From contig NC_045696.1 of assembly GCF_009834535.1 (NCBI RefSeq), positions 31,250,001 through 31,314,000 of the forward strand: a stretch of DNA of 64,000 bases, read 5' to 3'. Position numbers and translations under genes: made by a program. Every line of letters begins with the position of its first letter. The stretch's first letter is position 1. Below the pieces are notes generated by a model. It did not search any database. It saw only the letters and a program-made list of their open reading frames with translations, and was not told the origin of the DNA. Shown in pieces: positions 38,918 through 53,114 of the stretch. The stretch comes from Camelus ferus (lineage: Eukaryota).

Positions 38918-41812
38918 TCTGTGTCCATTTTGGGGGGTCACTTTGTAATTTACTCCTTATTGTGTAGTTATTTCAAAGGGAACCTGCCCACTTAAAGTGA
39001 AATTGAATGTAAGGCTTGCTTTTTTGGCTGGTACACATACTAGAAGACAGAGTGAGACTCATTTTGCTGCTGCTGCTTTTCTGCAACCTCGATTACATTC
39101 TGATGTTTGGGGGATACATAATTAACCTGATATGTGTATGAGATGGAGGTAAAACCAAGAAGGCAGGGATTATGATGTTGCCTGCTGCAAACTGTTTATG
39201 TGTAGACCCTTCCAGTAGGCAGTGATCCGTATCAGAATCAGGAAGAAATGTAGAAATAGATTTCAACATTGTCTTTGAAGCAAAGATTGAGTAATAGCTG
39301 CATGTTTTTGGTAAAAAGGAAGATTATATAAAAGAAAAACACATACACAAAGCACTGATACTGACCACAAGAACAATGTGGTCAGTGTGTTACTTGAAGT
39401 CATTTGGCAAAGAAAATGCAGATATTTCAATCTCACATTATTGTCCATTTTATCCCTTTGCACCTAGAGCCTTGATTTGCATATCTTCTTTCAGAAGAGA
39501 CCTTACTCTGTATGGTAAATTTTCTGAAATATAAGTATATATAATGACAAAAATACTTAGAATTTCACATAAAATTTTCATAAGAATAGCTCATTCAACT
39601 GTATTTAAATAAAAAATGAAGTGGGTATGTATATTATTGCAGGTATTTGACACATACCCAGTGTTGATTTTCTATTATATGAGAGTTTCATATGGGACAC
39701 AGGTTTATTCTACTGGTAGTATATTTAATATAGGAAAATGCTACTCTGCACAGATATTTCTGATCTATCACCGTAACTACCCTGATTAATCTACTTTCTG
39801 TATTATTAAATTTAATCACATGCTGCAAAATGAAGCTTTTAAACATGTGATTGTCATCCAACTAGATTTCTTTGCAGTATAGCTTGCAAACTTAATTTCA
39901 GGCATAAGCTATGTTAAAAAAAAAAGACCCATTAGGTAGCAGCATTTCTTCTGAGCAGTCTAAGATCAAAATCATCTTAGTGATTATATTTCATTTGCTC
40001 TTCAGGACAGGTTAGAAAGATCATTCTCATTTTAAACATTGTTAGTTTTACTTTAAAAGTACAGAAACATTTCCAGGTAATAAAACATGTTTACCAAGCT
40101 TCATTGCTTCAAGCCTACACCACCTACACCATATAGAGATGATCAAATGAAACCATCATTCTTTACAACAGCCCTGTCATAAATGTTTACTGAAATGGTG
40201 CTGCCAGGGTACCTTGAATAAAGCAGGCCAGAGTCCTTGCACACAGTATTTCAGACTCCTACTCTATGGCTACCCTATACCATCCCCTAAAACCCCTCCC
40301 CTTGGCGGTACTCACTAAAATCAGGATTAAAGCAAATCTTTGGTCAGCAGATCAGAAATATTTCGGACTTACTTTTTGGGAAAAACAGAATGTAGGCTAC
40401 ATCTTTATACCATAGAAACAAACATTTGAGAACAAACCTTTTCCAATGGAAGATATAATTCATTATCACTTGGATGATTTTAACTGAAGCACTGCATGAT
40501 GCATTTTCACCTTACACTTTTGAACCTGCTTTTTTAGTCTAAGGTGGATTTTCACGTAATAATGAGTATATTGAATATAATATATGAAATAATTGTTTTA
40601 AAAACTGAGGCAATCTATTTTTAAATACAATGTAGAAAAACAGTTCCTAAAGGAATATTTTTCCCTTTATAGAAGGAAGGAAGTAGAATTATAACATTAT
40701 GGTCTTATAGCTTCCTTTTTTCTTTGCTTCTCTTCACATTTTGTTCTTATTCCCTCTTCTTTTTTCATCATTTCTTCTTTTCTGCAAAGTTCCATGTATA
40801 ATTTGCTCATGAAAATATTCCCATTGAATTAATTATAGTGTATCTATTAAAATAATTATCTCATGTATATCACATTATCAAGAGTTATGGGGTACACTGC
40901 TGATAAATCCTCTTTGTTGGCTTAATTTTTAGTTGGAATGATGACAGGCTGGCCTGATAAAGCCATTTGAAATACAGTACTCTATCATACATTTTAATTT
41001 TATCTAAAATTCTATGAGAATAAAACATATTAAAATATGTCAAACTGCAATGAAAAATGAATTATTATCCTTCTATATAAAAATAGGTAAACATATGCTT
41101 TAGCAATTAGCTATTTAAAATATATACACCAAATCAAAAGCAGATTCCATATAGAATTCTCCACCTAATAGTCTGTTTCATTAGAAGGTCAGCATACATG
41201 GGAAATGATAAGTCATAACGATCAGATTATCCCTACTATCTGTTGTATAAAGTGTTCAAAGTGAAACTTGTTCTAGTATATTTCTAGACTGATGTTGGTT
41301 CAACAGCATTAAAAAAACCTAATAGCTTTTCAAATGTGGGAAGAGGATTTCATTACCCTGTCTTGAATGTAAAAGCCTATAAACTGTAAAATTGAATGAT
41401 TTAATAAATCAATTCCTGAAGAAAACTACCAAGAGGATATACTGATTTATGCATCTTTAAGCATATATAAAAGACTGGACTCCAGGGATGTTGTTATATA
41501 AAGGAGTTTTCTAGTTACTCATCAGACCAACTAATATTTTTGCTCACTTTAGACATTCTCTACTGTATACTCAGGACTGAGATATATGATGAGCTTTGCT
41601 GATGTTGGAAGGTAGTCTTCTCCTCTCTGGTCCCACACATCACTATGTTAAAATTCTCTAAGTTGCACATTTGGGGGATCATTGTAAGAGATAATTTGCA
41701 TTATGCTAATCTCATTTTTATGCATTTGAGTCTCTAGTTGAATGAACATTATTCATCAGATAAAATTTGATCTAGGGAAGCATATACCAACCTGTAGAGT
41801 GGGTAGTATGTT

Positions 41813-41871
41813 AAGAAAAAAAAAAAAAAGAAAGAAAGAAAGAAAGAAAAAAAGGAAAAAAAAAAAAAAAA
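41813..41871. repeat. A-rich / (GAAA)n tract
   Basis: 59 bp containing only A and G. Confidence 0.9.
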
Positions 41872-44800
41872 GCATGAGAAATACTGCCAAAAAGTACATA
41901 TTTATTTTAAAGCAGCATTTAAGTGGTTCCAAATTCTCATTTGCTTTCATCTTCATTTTAAAACATCAGTTACTGGATACCATATATGGAGATTTCAGTG
42001 TTTCACAGTTTGATACATTGCCCAATTTTTCTTTCTGAACTCATGTATTAAGGCTAATTGAGTTTTCTGTAGACAAGATTTTGGTGGTTTGAATCACTCT
42101 CTAAATAAAATACGGGAACCTCCTTTAAAGTGACATAAAATCAGCTTTGAGGAGTGAAAATGTTTTAAAATTTATTTTCCTCCCAATTGCTTGGTGTTAC
42201 CACAAATCACAGGAAACAAAATCACAAATTTTTAATTTTCCAGACAGAATAAATGAATAGTGGGATTTTTATTTTGTCCAAGGCTAACTCTACTGTTCTC
42301 CCTCCATTCGAGCTTTATGATTTAATCACTCCCAGTTTGACTGTGAAGTGTGATTTCTAGTTATTGCACAAATAAAATTTCCATCAATAAAAACATACTT
42401 TATTCAAGTTTTAAATGAGTAAAAGAAAAAAATAATAGCTATATCCTGATGTAAGCAATTCCATCATTTACTATTTTTCCCCCAATAGAGAGAAATTAAA
42501 AAAAAAAAATTAAAGTAGAATCTTACGTAACAACTTATGAAAATTTTTTGTTCATAAATTTACAATGACCAGACTTTTTATGATTCGTGGTTGTCTGAGT
42601 TTCTTATTTTGATAATGATTATGATGTTGTCGTGATACTATAATTATTAATTCTCCTGATGGGATATGTTTTTGTACAAATCAAAAATCTTGAGTCCATT
42701 AGAAAATAGATTAAAGGGCCATTAAATTTGTCTTTTGCTTTTGAACATATTTTTCTTTCAGTTGTAGTTTTATCAGTGTTTTTACTAAAACACAGAATAC
42801 ATCACACTAAAACTATACTTTGGTGACAAACGTTCAATAATTAATTCTCAGTAATCTATATGTTTACTATTGAATATAAAATATGTACTTGACATTCTGC
42901 TATGTGGTATAAGAGATATATGTATCGTCAAGTTACAGAGATCAAACAGCATACAAAAAGCTAACGTGTAATCAGAGCAGTACCAATTACAGGAATCTGT
43001 ATTAGGATTCAAAATCTGTAATACCTTTACTGGCAGAAAGACTAGAGAAGTCTTCATGAAGAAGTTAAAACACCACTGTCATGAAAACAGAAAACATTTG
43101 CTAAAAATGTATTAACATAAGATGAAGCATAATCTTATAATCCTTTTTTACTTAGATCATTGAAGCAACATAGAAAGTGTCTCCTTGATAATTTTTACCT
43201 TCTACTCATTCTCTATACCACTTCCAGAGGTATAAAAGATCAAAACTGATCATTCCATGTCATTTTAAGTAGTTATTTGTCTGCTGATTTTTTGAAAAAA
43301 ATCAAAATTCTTAAGTGAAAAACATAAAGGTTATTTCCATCTTACCACAGCCTAAAATTTTACTTCTGTTTATGTGTAATTTCCCTATGGACTCCTGAAG
43401 ACTCAGCTCAAATAGCATTTCCACTGTTAACCTTGCTTGGCTCCACAAGCTAGGTTCTGTGACTGTCTTGGGTAGTCCTACTTTTAAGGAAGACCTATAT
43501 TAGAGTACCTAATATATTACACGCTAGCATATACATATATATTTCCTTGATCTCAAGGACCGTTGGTGGTACAGTGAGACCGAAAACATATTTACTTTCC
43601 TATTACTCTTGGACTTCTCCTTATTGTCTAACACCTTCATAAGTATCTTCTGGCAATGGCCTGGTTAGTGAAAAGAAGGTGTTCTTTAAAGTTGGCTCAA
43701 GTCGAGACTGAGAGGAATGAAGATCAAGATATAATGAAGAGGAAAGTACTAAACTTTAATATTGTCTACTATCAATTTTGTTTGTTTTCATAGCACTGTA
43801 TATAGCGTCTAGAGAGCTGTGAGAATAAATAATTAAATATTTTAAAAACCTCATAAAAGATATTTTAAGTGCAAATTTTCTATTTTAAAATATCAACTGA
43901 GTATGATATTGTTATTATTTTATTTTTAAGGCTTCTAGGCTTCTAATTAACCCTCGAATCTTCAAAACAGAGCTCATGATTAATACGAATTTGTAATGTG
44001 ATTTTAAAGGTAAAATACTTTTAAAAAGTATTTTAATTTTAAAAAATATTTCCTTGTAAGAAAATTCCCCATAAGGAACTGAAAGTAAAGAACCTGAGTT
44101 TAAAATTGGGGAAGGTACGTTTTCTATTATCAAGGGCTAGTCAACTAACTTCCCTTCCAGAAATAAAATAGTGAACAGCCAACTGAAAATCAATTCACCA
44201 TGTCTGAGGCTGCCAGTTCCAGAACGAGCAAGAGCAGACATAATATGATTATGAGGACTCAAAGCATTCAGGACATACAGCTGAATCCCACATAAACTGC
44301 CAGCCAAGGGGAAATGTTGCTGGATGCCCTACTAACAGGGATTTACAACAACTGAGCTTTTCGATATGTGTTTCTGTGGGGAGATGGATCCCATGTCCAA
44401 AAATCAGGCTTTCATTTCACAAATTTTGCCAACACTTTAGCTCATTACCTCTACAAGTCTTTGATAATTACAACATTAATATTGTTGGGCATTTAGTATA
44501 TTAAAGCATTTGCCACTGTTATGAAGATTTTCCTGAGAAAAAATGACTGAAATCATCCCTATTTAGATAAAACTGACGCATGAAAATAAATGCTTTTCAT
44601 GACGTGATGCAATGCATTGGTGCAAAAAGATATCCAGCAGGATTAATTTAACACTGTTTACTGTGGTATTCAGCAATAATTTTAAAAAGTAAGAACAAAA
44701 GAATTTAAAAGTTTTCTCCTGATTTGTGAATACTTATATATAAATTTTTATAAGAATATATATGAAAATCATTTAGCATACACACACAGATTTAATACAT

Positions 44801-45949
44801 ATATATATACACCCAGGATTCTTTTATTGTACAAAAAATATTCCATTAAATCAGAAACATGAGGGTTATCCTATACATATGGACAACTCAGCTAAACCTG
44901 TTAAACTGAATCTACTTATGCAGTTCCTGTGTCTCAGAGAACATAATTTTGTATTGTGTACCTCAGCTAAACAGCCATAAAGGGACACCACTAGGCCCTG
45001 AGTCAAGAGAAACAGGACAGAAATGACTAGTCACAGATTTTGGTAGCAGATGCCAGGAAGATGCACAGGAATGAGAATATTCCTCAGCAGACCTAAGCTG
45101 GAGCATAACTCAGGAGGAATAAAACTTCGCCCACAGCAGAGAACACACAGCAGCAAGATGCAACCATCGACCCAGCAGCCCTGCATCTAATGACAAGGGG
45201 TCAGAAAATTCTCCCTACACCAGGCAGTTTAATCATTTCTTTAGAGACTTGAATACTGAACTGGTCAAATTATTATCCAAATGTTTTTGGATAATGAAAG
45301 TGAACGAGGTATTACCTAACAAGTTTTTGGGAAAGGATGGCTAAAATTCTTGGTATATTGTACTACTAAAATAAGAAATATGTAGTTTGTTAATGTATAA
45401 TTGTTTTCATGATTTGCATTCCTATGGTTCTATATATCTTTGCATTTTTAATATGCAGTGGTATCTTTTACATAGAAAAATGCCAGCCACCTGTTCTGTC
45501 CCAAGAATGACTTTGCTATGAGTATATTGCTTTAGCCTTTTTCTCACATTTCTTATGCAACAAAGGTGCAGAAGTTTTATCTGTTTTTGGTTTTTAGCAT
45601 TAAAAAAGCAATTTTTTTCCTGATTGAGTCCAGTGAGAGAAAAGCCTCTTTATTTTGCAGACATTATTAAATTTTGGGGCACTTCCTATGAGTTACTTCC
45701 TCTATGTCTTCCTTGGGGCAACCACGTGGCATTGTGCTGTTAAATCATTTATACCCACTATGAAACAAGATACAATTTGATTTACAATACTTCCCCAAAA
45801 TGCAATAACAAAGCATGTTAATAACAGGATTTTTCTGCATCATAATTCATCATTTCTTAGTTTTTATGCTAGTATTAGAAGAGGGTACATTACCTCTGTA
45901 AAAGTTCAAATGATATATATTTATATCATCTTCAAAACAACAATACTGT

Positions 45950-46394
45950 CAATGGAATACTACTCAGCCATAAAAGAAAAAATAATGACATTTGCAGCTA
46001 CATGGATGGACTTGAAGATTGTCATACTAAGTGAACTAAGTTAGAAAGAGAAAGAAAAATGCCATATGATATCACTTACATGTGGAATCTAAAAAAAAAT
46101 GACACAAATGAACTTATTTACAAAACAGAAAACAGGCTCACAGACATACAAAATAAAATTATGGTTACCAGGGGTGGAGGGATAAATTGGGAGCTTGTAA
46201 TTTGCAGATACTATCTATTATATATAAAATATACAACAAGATCCTACTATATACCCCAGGGAACTATACTCACCATCTCTTAACAGCCTATAATAAAAAG
46301 AATACAAACAGAGAAAACTGAATCACTATTCTATATGCCAGAAATAAACATACATTGTAAACTAACTATACTTCAATAAAAAAAGAATTAAAAA
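45950..46394 (+). mobile_element. 5'-truncated L1 3' end, older cetartiodactyl-type subfamily
   Basis: Starts CAATGGAATACTACTCAGCCATAAAA, ends AACTATACTTCAATAAA plus A tail. Possible decayed TSD AACAATACTGT (45939-45949) / AATAGTATTGT (46395-46405). Confidence 0.9.
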
Positions 46395-46397
46395 AAT

Positions 46398-46570
46398 AGT
46401 ATTGTGAGTTGGAAGGAGCTTCTACCTAGTACACCAAGATCCAGACCATCATAACCTGTGCCTTTAAGCAACTGTTATTTTTGCTTTCAGAGTCACAATT
46501 TTCCTGTTATAAAACAGAAGTTAATAGAGTACATACTTTATGTGAAAATTTAATGTTTAAAATTATGAGA
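46398..46570 (+). mobile_element. MIR SINE remnant
   Basis: AGTATTGTGAGTTGGAAGGAGC 5'-like start; TCAGAGTCACAATTTTCCTGTTATAAAACAGAAGTTAATA core. Confidence 0.55.
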
Positions 46571-46595
46571 AAATACAGACTTTAGACTATTGATC

Positions 46596-47032
46596 TGTCA
46601 ACCTTAAAATAAAATGGCCAGTTATTTTACTAGCAAAATGAGTTTATCTGAGAATGACAGAGGAGTTGCAATTATGGACATGTAAACTATGGCAAAAACA
46701 TAGGCAAGTCTAGGGAACAAAGGAGAGAAATGTTGCTTTATAGATAAAAGGAGGAAGACTGGAGGAGTTGTTTTGAAGGAAATTCCATTGAAAGAAAGCA
46801 GGAGTTTAGAATGGTGATGGTTTCTCACTGACTGATTTGTTGCATTTTCTCATTGGCTGTTCTGTTGCTGGGCAAGGTGAAAATCTGCCTTCTTCCTTCT
46901 GAGGTAGTAAAAAAGCTGCTTCCTACCTGGGAATGTAAAGTAAGCTTCAAGGGAAGGTACCTGTGTGAGAGTTCCTCCTTTCAGGGCTTTCTGATTCTAC
47001 TTTAAATGAGGGTCCCCTTATTAATTTTCACA
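46596..47032 (-). mobile_element. ERV1-class solo LTR (MER89/MER90-like)
   Basis: TG...CA termini. The minus strand starts TGTGAAAATTAATAAGG..CTCATTTAAAGTAGAATC and has CCAAT, TATAAA and a poly-A-signal-like site in order. Confidence 0.7.
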
Positions 47033-47407
47033 GCTTCTGCGCTGAGGACTGGAGTGATAAAATGTCTCTAAATCAATTTAACAATTTAAACTTACAAAGG
47101 TAGATGATAAATGCTGGGTCTTCCCTAACCTATGTAAGCATAAGGATAAAGCATGTTACATTCTCCACATTTTCATAGGAGACACATTATTTAAATACAG
47201 ACATAAAGAATAGAGAGGAATTATACAGGTGGAAGGAAAGAAATACAATGTGCCTTATCAACTCTGGTATTTATAATTGTGTATATCAACGTCCACAATT
47301 CTAAAGTATACTACTTAGCATGTCTACTTTCAGGAGAAAATGGGACAGAGACCAGATTATCGGCATATTTTTCAGAAAGTGAAAGGCCGAGCATATATGA
47401 TTCTATG

Positions 47408-47531
47408 TGTCATCTCGATCAACTGTGAGCTCCCTGAGGGAAGAGGCTGCTTCCTCTACACGTTAGGTACTTTACACTGTTACTGACCAACAAAAGAAGG
47501 GCTCCACATGTACTCACCCAATAAATGCATG
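47408..47531 (+). mobile_element. LINE-2 3' end
   Basis: ACTGTGAGCTCCCTGAGGGAAGAGGCTG...CAATAAATGCATG. Confidence 0.55.
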
Positions 47532-48350
47532 GGACCTGTAGAAGCAGAGATATCTCCATGCACACATTACGGGTCAGAGACAGCACATTTTGCACAAGAA
47601 TAATTTGGGGATGAAAAGACTGGAGCATTTCCAAGTGATTAAAACCCTACCAGGTGTGCCATCAGCAATAACGATGGCAGTAGCAGAGCCAAGGTGATGT
47701 GAGGTTTGTTTAGAAGAAGGATCTGCAAGTCTGAAGAATAATGAACCACATGATATAGGTGATGTTGGTGCACAAGTAGAGGCAGGTAATAGCGGAGTTT
47801 TTCAGGAATAAAAGCTTCAGATCCCAGAATTCTTAACATTGAAATAAAATGAATGATGAAACAAAAAAAATTTACAGTGATTAAAGTATAGACATGTGGT
47901 TCTATGGCAGGAACTGTCATAAGAAAAGCACATAAAAAGTAACTTTGAAAAAAATATATATATATATATACCAAAAAGTAACATGGCAGTTTGTGCTACT
48001 TCTTATTTTGGGGTGATTTTGTATGACAGTAACAACTTTTATTTTCTTACTAGCATTTAATCTATGTGCTGTTAGGGATTTGAGGGGTTTCCTGTCATGT
48101 GTTCATTTGTGATGTGATAGGCTTTGATGATAAATGCTGGGTATATTCACCACTCTGCAGGTGGTTAATAGAGTTCCCGATACTTAACAAAGAATTTTGC
48201 CTAAGACCACACTATAATGTTGCCTCCCATATTAACAAAATGAATTCTCACTTCAATGATCCAATGCAGTGTATTTCTTACAAGCAAATCATGTACTTAC
48301 CGAGATAGAAAAAGACAAATCAAGTAGATAAAAAGCTTTTGTCTCATCTA

Positions 48351-48381
<31 letters not shown>

Positions 48382-49469
48382 GGCTAGAATACAGTAAGGA
48401 TATATGAGTTTGGTTTCATTTAATGTTATGGAGCAAAAGAGGTGCATATTACTAACAGCACTGATTAAGTCACAGTGCTTGATAAATAATAAACTCTCTT
48501 CCATTCTCAACGCATAATATAGTTCCCTTTCTTTTAAATGTGTTTCATATTACTCGCAATAAGTAGTTTTTAGTGTTTTTTCAAGCTTTACCGTGACTTC
48601 CCAACAATATTCTCTCACCTTTAATTTCAAGTAAGACTTCACTGTCCTGTGTTTGTTTGGATAGACGGGAGGACACTGCAGACACACACTGGAGAATTAA
48701 CTGATTCTCAGATAAAATTTGTGTTGAACAAGGTCAATTCCTCCAGGTTGCCAGATGGTATTTTAGTGGCCCTTATGTTACATCAGTAGTATTGCGAAGC
48801 TGCCTGTCAATATGGAAAGACACAAGGCAGTGCCCTTGTAGAAGGAGGGACTGCTATCAGTTCTTAAATATCATTAAAAGAAAGAAAAAGAAAGGAATAT
48901 GTCAAATAACCTTTGTTTAAAGAATTAATTGCATATATGCTAAAGTAAACTAGAGTGTTCATCCGTGAGAATCATAAATTGATTTATTTCCAACGCCACT
49001 GAAAAACGTGATATGGCAGATATCCAAGGGCCTTTCAAAACATTAAGCCTCTTGCACATCATTTAAGATGTTCTCATGTGCCAAAAACAGTGCTTTTCAG
49101 AAAGAATAATTCTGTCTTACTGATCAAATAAGATTTTGAGTTTTTAAAAAAATCTTCCTTCTACATTTGGTCATGATAGATAGTTAAAAATGTGAAATCA
49201 TATATCAAGCTGAAGTAATTTCTTTAGAAGTGTCTTACCTAACTGTAAATACTGAATGACTATATTGGAGGCAAATGCTTTTGATACATTTCAAATAGCA
49301 TTTTTTTTCCCTGATGGGTGAGAAAATGATTGTTTACACACAAACACACAGACACACATACAAATCCACAATATTCAGTGCCTTCAGTTTATGTTAGTGT
49401 ATTCAGTTTACTAAGAGTAACTTTCTTAGGAAGAGTTGGGTGGCTAACATTTAATATCATCCACCTTTC

Positions 49470-49650
49470 AGGGTCCTCATGAGTACCATCTCTTTATTCC
49501 TCAGAATAAAGTGTTCATTAGACTTCAGTTATATAGATGAGGAAGCTGAGGTTTCAGGAGAATAAATGACAAGCTTAAAGTCACACGAGTAATACGTTTC
49601 ATTGTTGGAATCTCAGTATAAGTTTTTCTGAATTCACGGACTGTTCTCAG
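49470..49650 (-). mobile_element. MIR SINE remnant
   Basis: TATAGATGAGGAAGCTGAGGTTTCAG..TAAATGACAAGCTTAAAGTCACAC. Confidence 0.7.
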
Positions 49651-51891
49651 AAATCCTACTTCAAAGGCTACTACGATGTCATTTTTAATTCTTGAATATG
49701 TAGTCTAGGTTCCTTTCTGGGTTATCCGTTCAGATTCTGTCATGCTCTCCAAGGTACTGCCTTAGTTTTCTGAGTTGCACTATGGAAAATAACTTGGTTA
49801 ATACTGCAGTTGCCTGGTCTTATAGAAGCCAAACATCAATTACAAGCAAGGCAAAATATGATCAAACTGGGATTACTCTGGTGGACAGGCATAATTAAAT
49901 TTTCTTTTCAGTCCTATGCAAAGGTCTGGGTTCAATTTCTCATGGTGAAATAGAATTGTATGGCCTAGCATTTGTGTATAGAAACATTTTAATATTTTTC
50001 TTCCAATCATGCCACCAGTTAATTTAGAATGTTATTTGTTTGTTATGTTTTTAATAGATTTCTGATAGAAACATATTCCCTCAAACATGGAAATTTTATT
50101 GATTTTACATGATCACATATACAACGTTGAACTTAAAACTTTTCAGTTGGCAGTTGCATTTCATACCATAGATACCTTAAGTGGAATAGCAAGAAGAACA
50201 GACAGGTGAATGGTTCATTTCTGGCTTCCCATATTAACTGATGGTGCATTAGGATATACAAATGAGAGAACAGATAGTAATTTGTGACTGTATGCCACTC
50301 TTATTGTAAGTCTATTCTGGGACATTGCCCAACTCTCCCGGTGTGATGGACTCCATGTATTAGTAAAATCTCCCAATTTTCTCCTAATAAACTTTTCTCT
50401 CTTTTTTAATTACTCAAAGAAGCTATTTTTACTAGAATAATTCTTACTAACGACAGTTGTTTCCTTCTCACTCACAAATCCTAAGTGATCTCATTCAAAC
50501 CCATGATTTAAACTCTTCTAGTTTCCAAAAAAGGTATATTTACTGATTTTCAGAAACATATGCCCATCATTCATTGGACCAATTTGATATGCCTCTTAAA
50601 TCTTCAACAAAACTCTCACTTTCCCTTCTTTAACATCTATATTTTTTGTTTGTTTTTGTTTGCTTGTTTTGTTTTTAGTGTAGAACATAGAATAAGAGTT
50701 CTTTTGTATGAGTTTCCCTTAAAATATGATGACAAATAATGACATAGATGATTAGCATATGATTTGTCTCACAGAATTACTGTGGTTAGTAATCTGACTT
50801 CCGTTTGTCAGTAGTCAAGTCATTGTTTTAAAAGAAATTTTTCAAAGTTGTTAATCTTTTTGTAGCATGGGAAACTGATGGAAAAATTCCTTTTGAGTTT
50901 AAGAGAAAGCAATAGTTATTTTTTATGTTATCTCTCGAAGGAGATCCAAATACTAGAAAGTTAGATTGATTTGAAGAAGCCCTATTTTCTTATACAAATT
51001 AATTATACCCATTAAAAAGTAAAGGTTATTTTTTGATGTGCATATAGATCAGAGCTCAGAGGCTCTATTCTACCAGAAAGACCATTTGCATACATTAATC
51101 AGAAAGACCCACCCCGATTTTCTACAGGTTTATTTGTCCATTTCCTAAATAATTTTCCATGAACCATTCATAACATGTCTCCAGGAATTTGAGGTGGCCA
51201 TTGATCTGAAAAAGTAATCTTAAATACATAAAAATCTATGATACATGGGCCTAGAACAAGGATTCACATGGGAAGTACAAGAGATTGCTGAAAACCCTCC
51301 AACTTTTATGAACATTTGGATTCCTACACAATAAATTTAATTTCAAATTCATCCTATCCCATAGCTTTCCTATCATCTCAAAGATGAAAGGTGGTCTAAT
51401 CATAATAGTACATTATAGCTCTACCTGTCACCCATTCACTCCAGCAACTAATACCCTATTCAATAATGAAAGTTCCTTTTATAACAAAAAACCTGATCAT
51501 GGGTCTTAGTGTACATATTATTTTAACTGGCTGTTGCTCAAAATTCTCTGTATCTGTACTCAGTATCCTCCAACTTCAGACTGAAAGTTATAAAGGCATC
51601 TCAAATGTTTTAACTCCATTAAATAATTCTGGAACAGCTATGCTACAGTAACACAAAAATGCATATTGTCTGTCTACACATAAGCTCATAAATTATTAAG
51701 GTTAAACACATTTGCTTTCTCTTGATAATAAGGACTTACCTATCACCCACCTGATTTCAGCTTATCACATGGTAATTGTTTTCTCCCTTTGAATTGCCAA
51801 CCTCTCTCTGATCTCTTTTGTCAGCCTGAGAGTTGATATTTCTCAAGCTGCAGTTGCCAACACACGCCTAATAGTGTCATGCCACAGGTAA

Positions 51892-51921
51892 TGTTCTGGC
51901 CATTAACATTGTTCTGGCCAT
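51892..51921. repeat. Short direct repeat TGTTCTGGCCAT x2 (18-bp period)
   Basis: Copies at 51892-51903 and 51910-51921. Confidence 0.8.
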
Positions 51922-53114
51922 CATCAAACTTTCACAAACTCTCAGAAATAACACAATGTTTGTTTTTTATCCTATTTCCTTGCACTTTCCAGCACTAGAA
52001 TCCAGTAAAAGCTAGAGGAGCAATCGATTGCTTAAGATTACTGATAAAAGACCACGGTGAATTGTCAAGAACAGTGTCATGTGTCATATGAAATTGTGGT
52101 GCGGACAAAAAAATCATATGAAAAATACATATGTACTACCTCTGTGAATGGCATGCAAATCCCTCTCATCTGAAAACTGATCACAGAATCTGAGCTCCAT
52201 TAGCATTACAGAGATCATCAAACTGTCTAAAACAAATTTCCAAATGTACTCTTCAGCATAAAACCACAACCAATGAGGACCTGAAAGAGGAAAAAAAATG
52301 ACTATATTGTCAGAGAATTAACTGGAGAAGATAAGACTATGGTCAGGTCCATATTTTGGTTTCAAGAAAGAGAGCTGACAAATAAAACCATAGGAACCTT
52401 ATCACCTAAGAAATGTTCCAAAATATAGCACGTTATTTCAAATGGTTAAAATACTGAGTTCTATATACGAATTATAGGTTTTATTTTATTACTTAATAAA
52501 ATGTCTTCTTGCTCCACTTTTTTAATATCCCTTTTTCTATAATCTTTAGCAGTACATCTCCTCCTTTAAACCGGTTCCTCAATCTTCCTTGGATTTGCAG
52601 TATTGGTAGCTGTGAGGCCAGAAAAATTAATGTCTGTGATGACAGCATGGTAACAATATTTAACCTTATGCTTTTATTTTGAGTTGAAGTTATTATATTC
52701 AGCCTCAACAAGAAGTAAGGAATGATCTAGAGTCAATTAAAATGCAGATTTATATCTCAGGAGGAAGATTAGGGCAAAATTTATAAAATGGGGAATCAGC
52801 TACATAGTGGTAATAGTTCAAAAGGTTTAACAGTTGTGACGGGAGAGACTGTTGAGAGAGGAAAGGGTCACGGTAATATTCATTGGGTAACATCTGCATT
52901 GATGGAATGAAGGAGGAATAAAATTCAGCAGTAAAGACACTAGAAAAAGCAGGTAGGAAATTAAGATAAAAACAGAAAAACTGCAATGTCAGACACCAAG
53001 GAAGTAGAAAAATGAATTAATAATGTGACAGTCAATAGTAATGAATGATACAGAAAATTCAACATAACAGCTAAAATAATTCTATGATAATAATTTGCCT
53101 TCAAATAAGAAGAG

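Noticed and set aside
40295..40312. Weak CTCF-like motif on the minus strand
   Set aside because: Several mismatches in the core.
41742..42038. ORF with a poly-lysine/NLS-like stretch
   Set aside because: It is a translation of the A-rich simple repeat.
44200..44295. 31-aa ORF MSEAASSRTSKSRH... with CACCATG context
   Set aside because: Short, no recognisable homology, no promoter or splice support.
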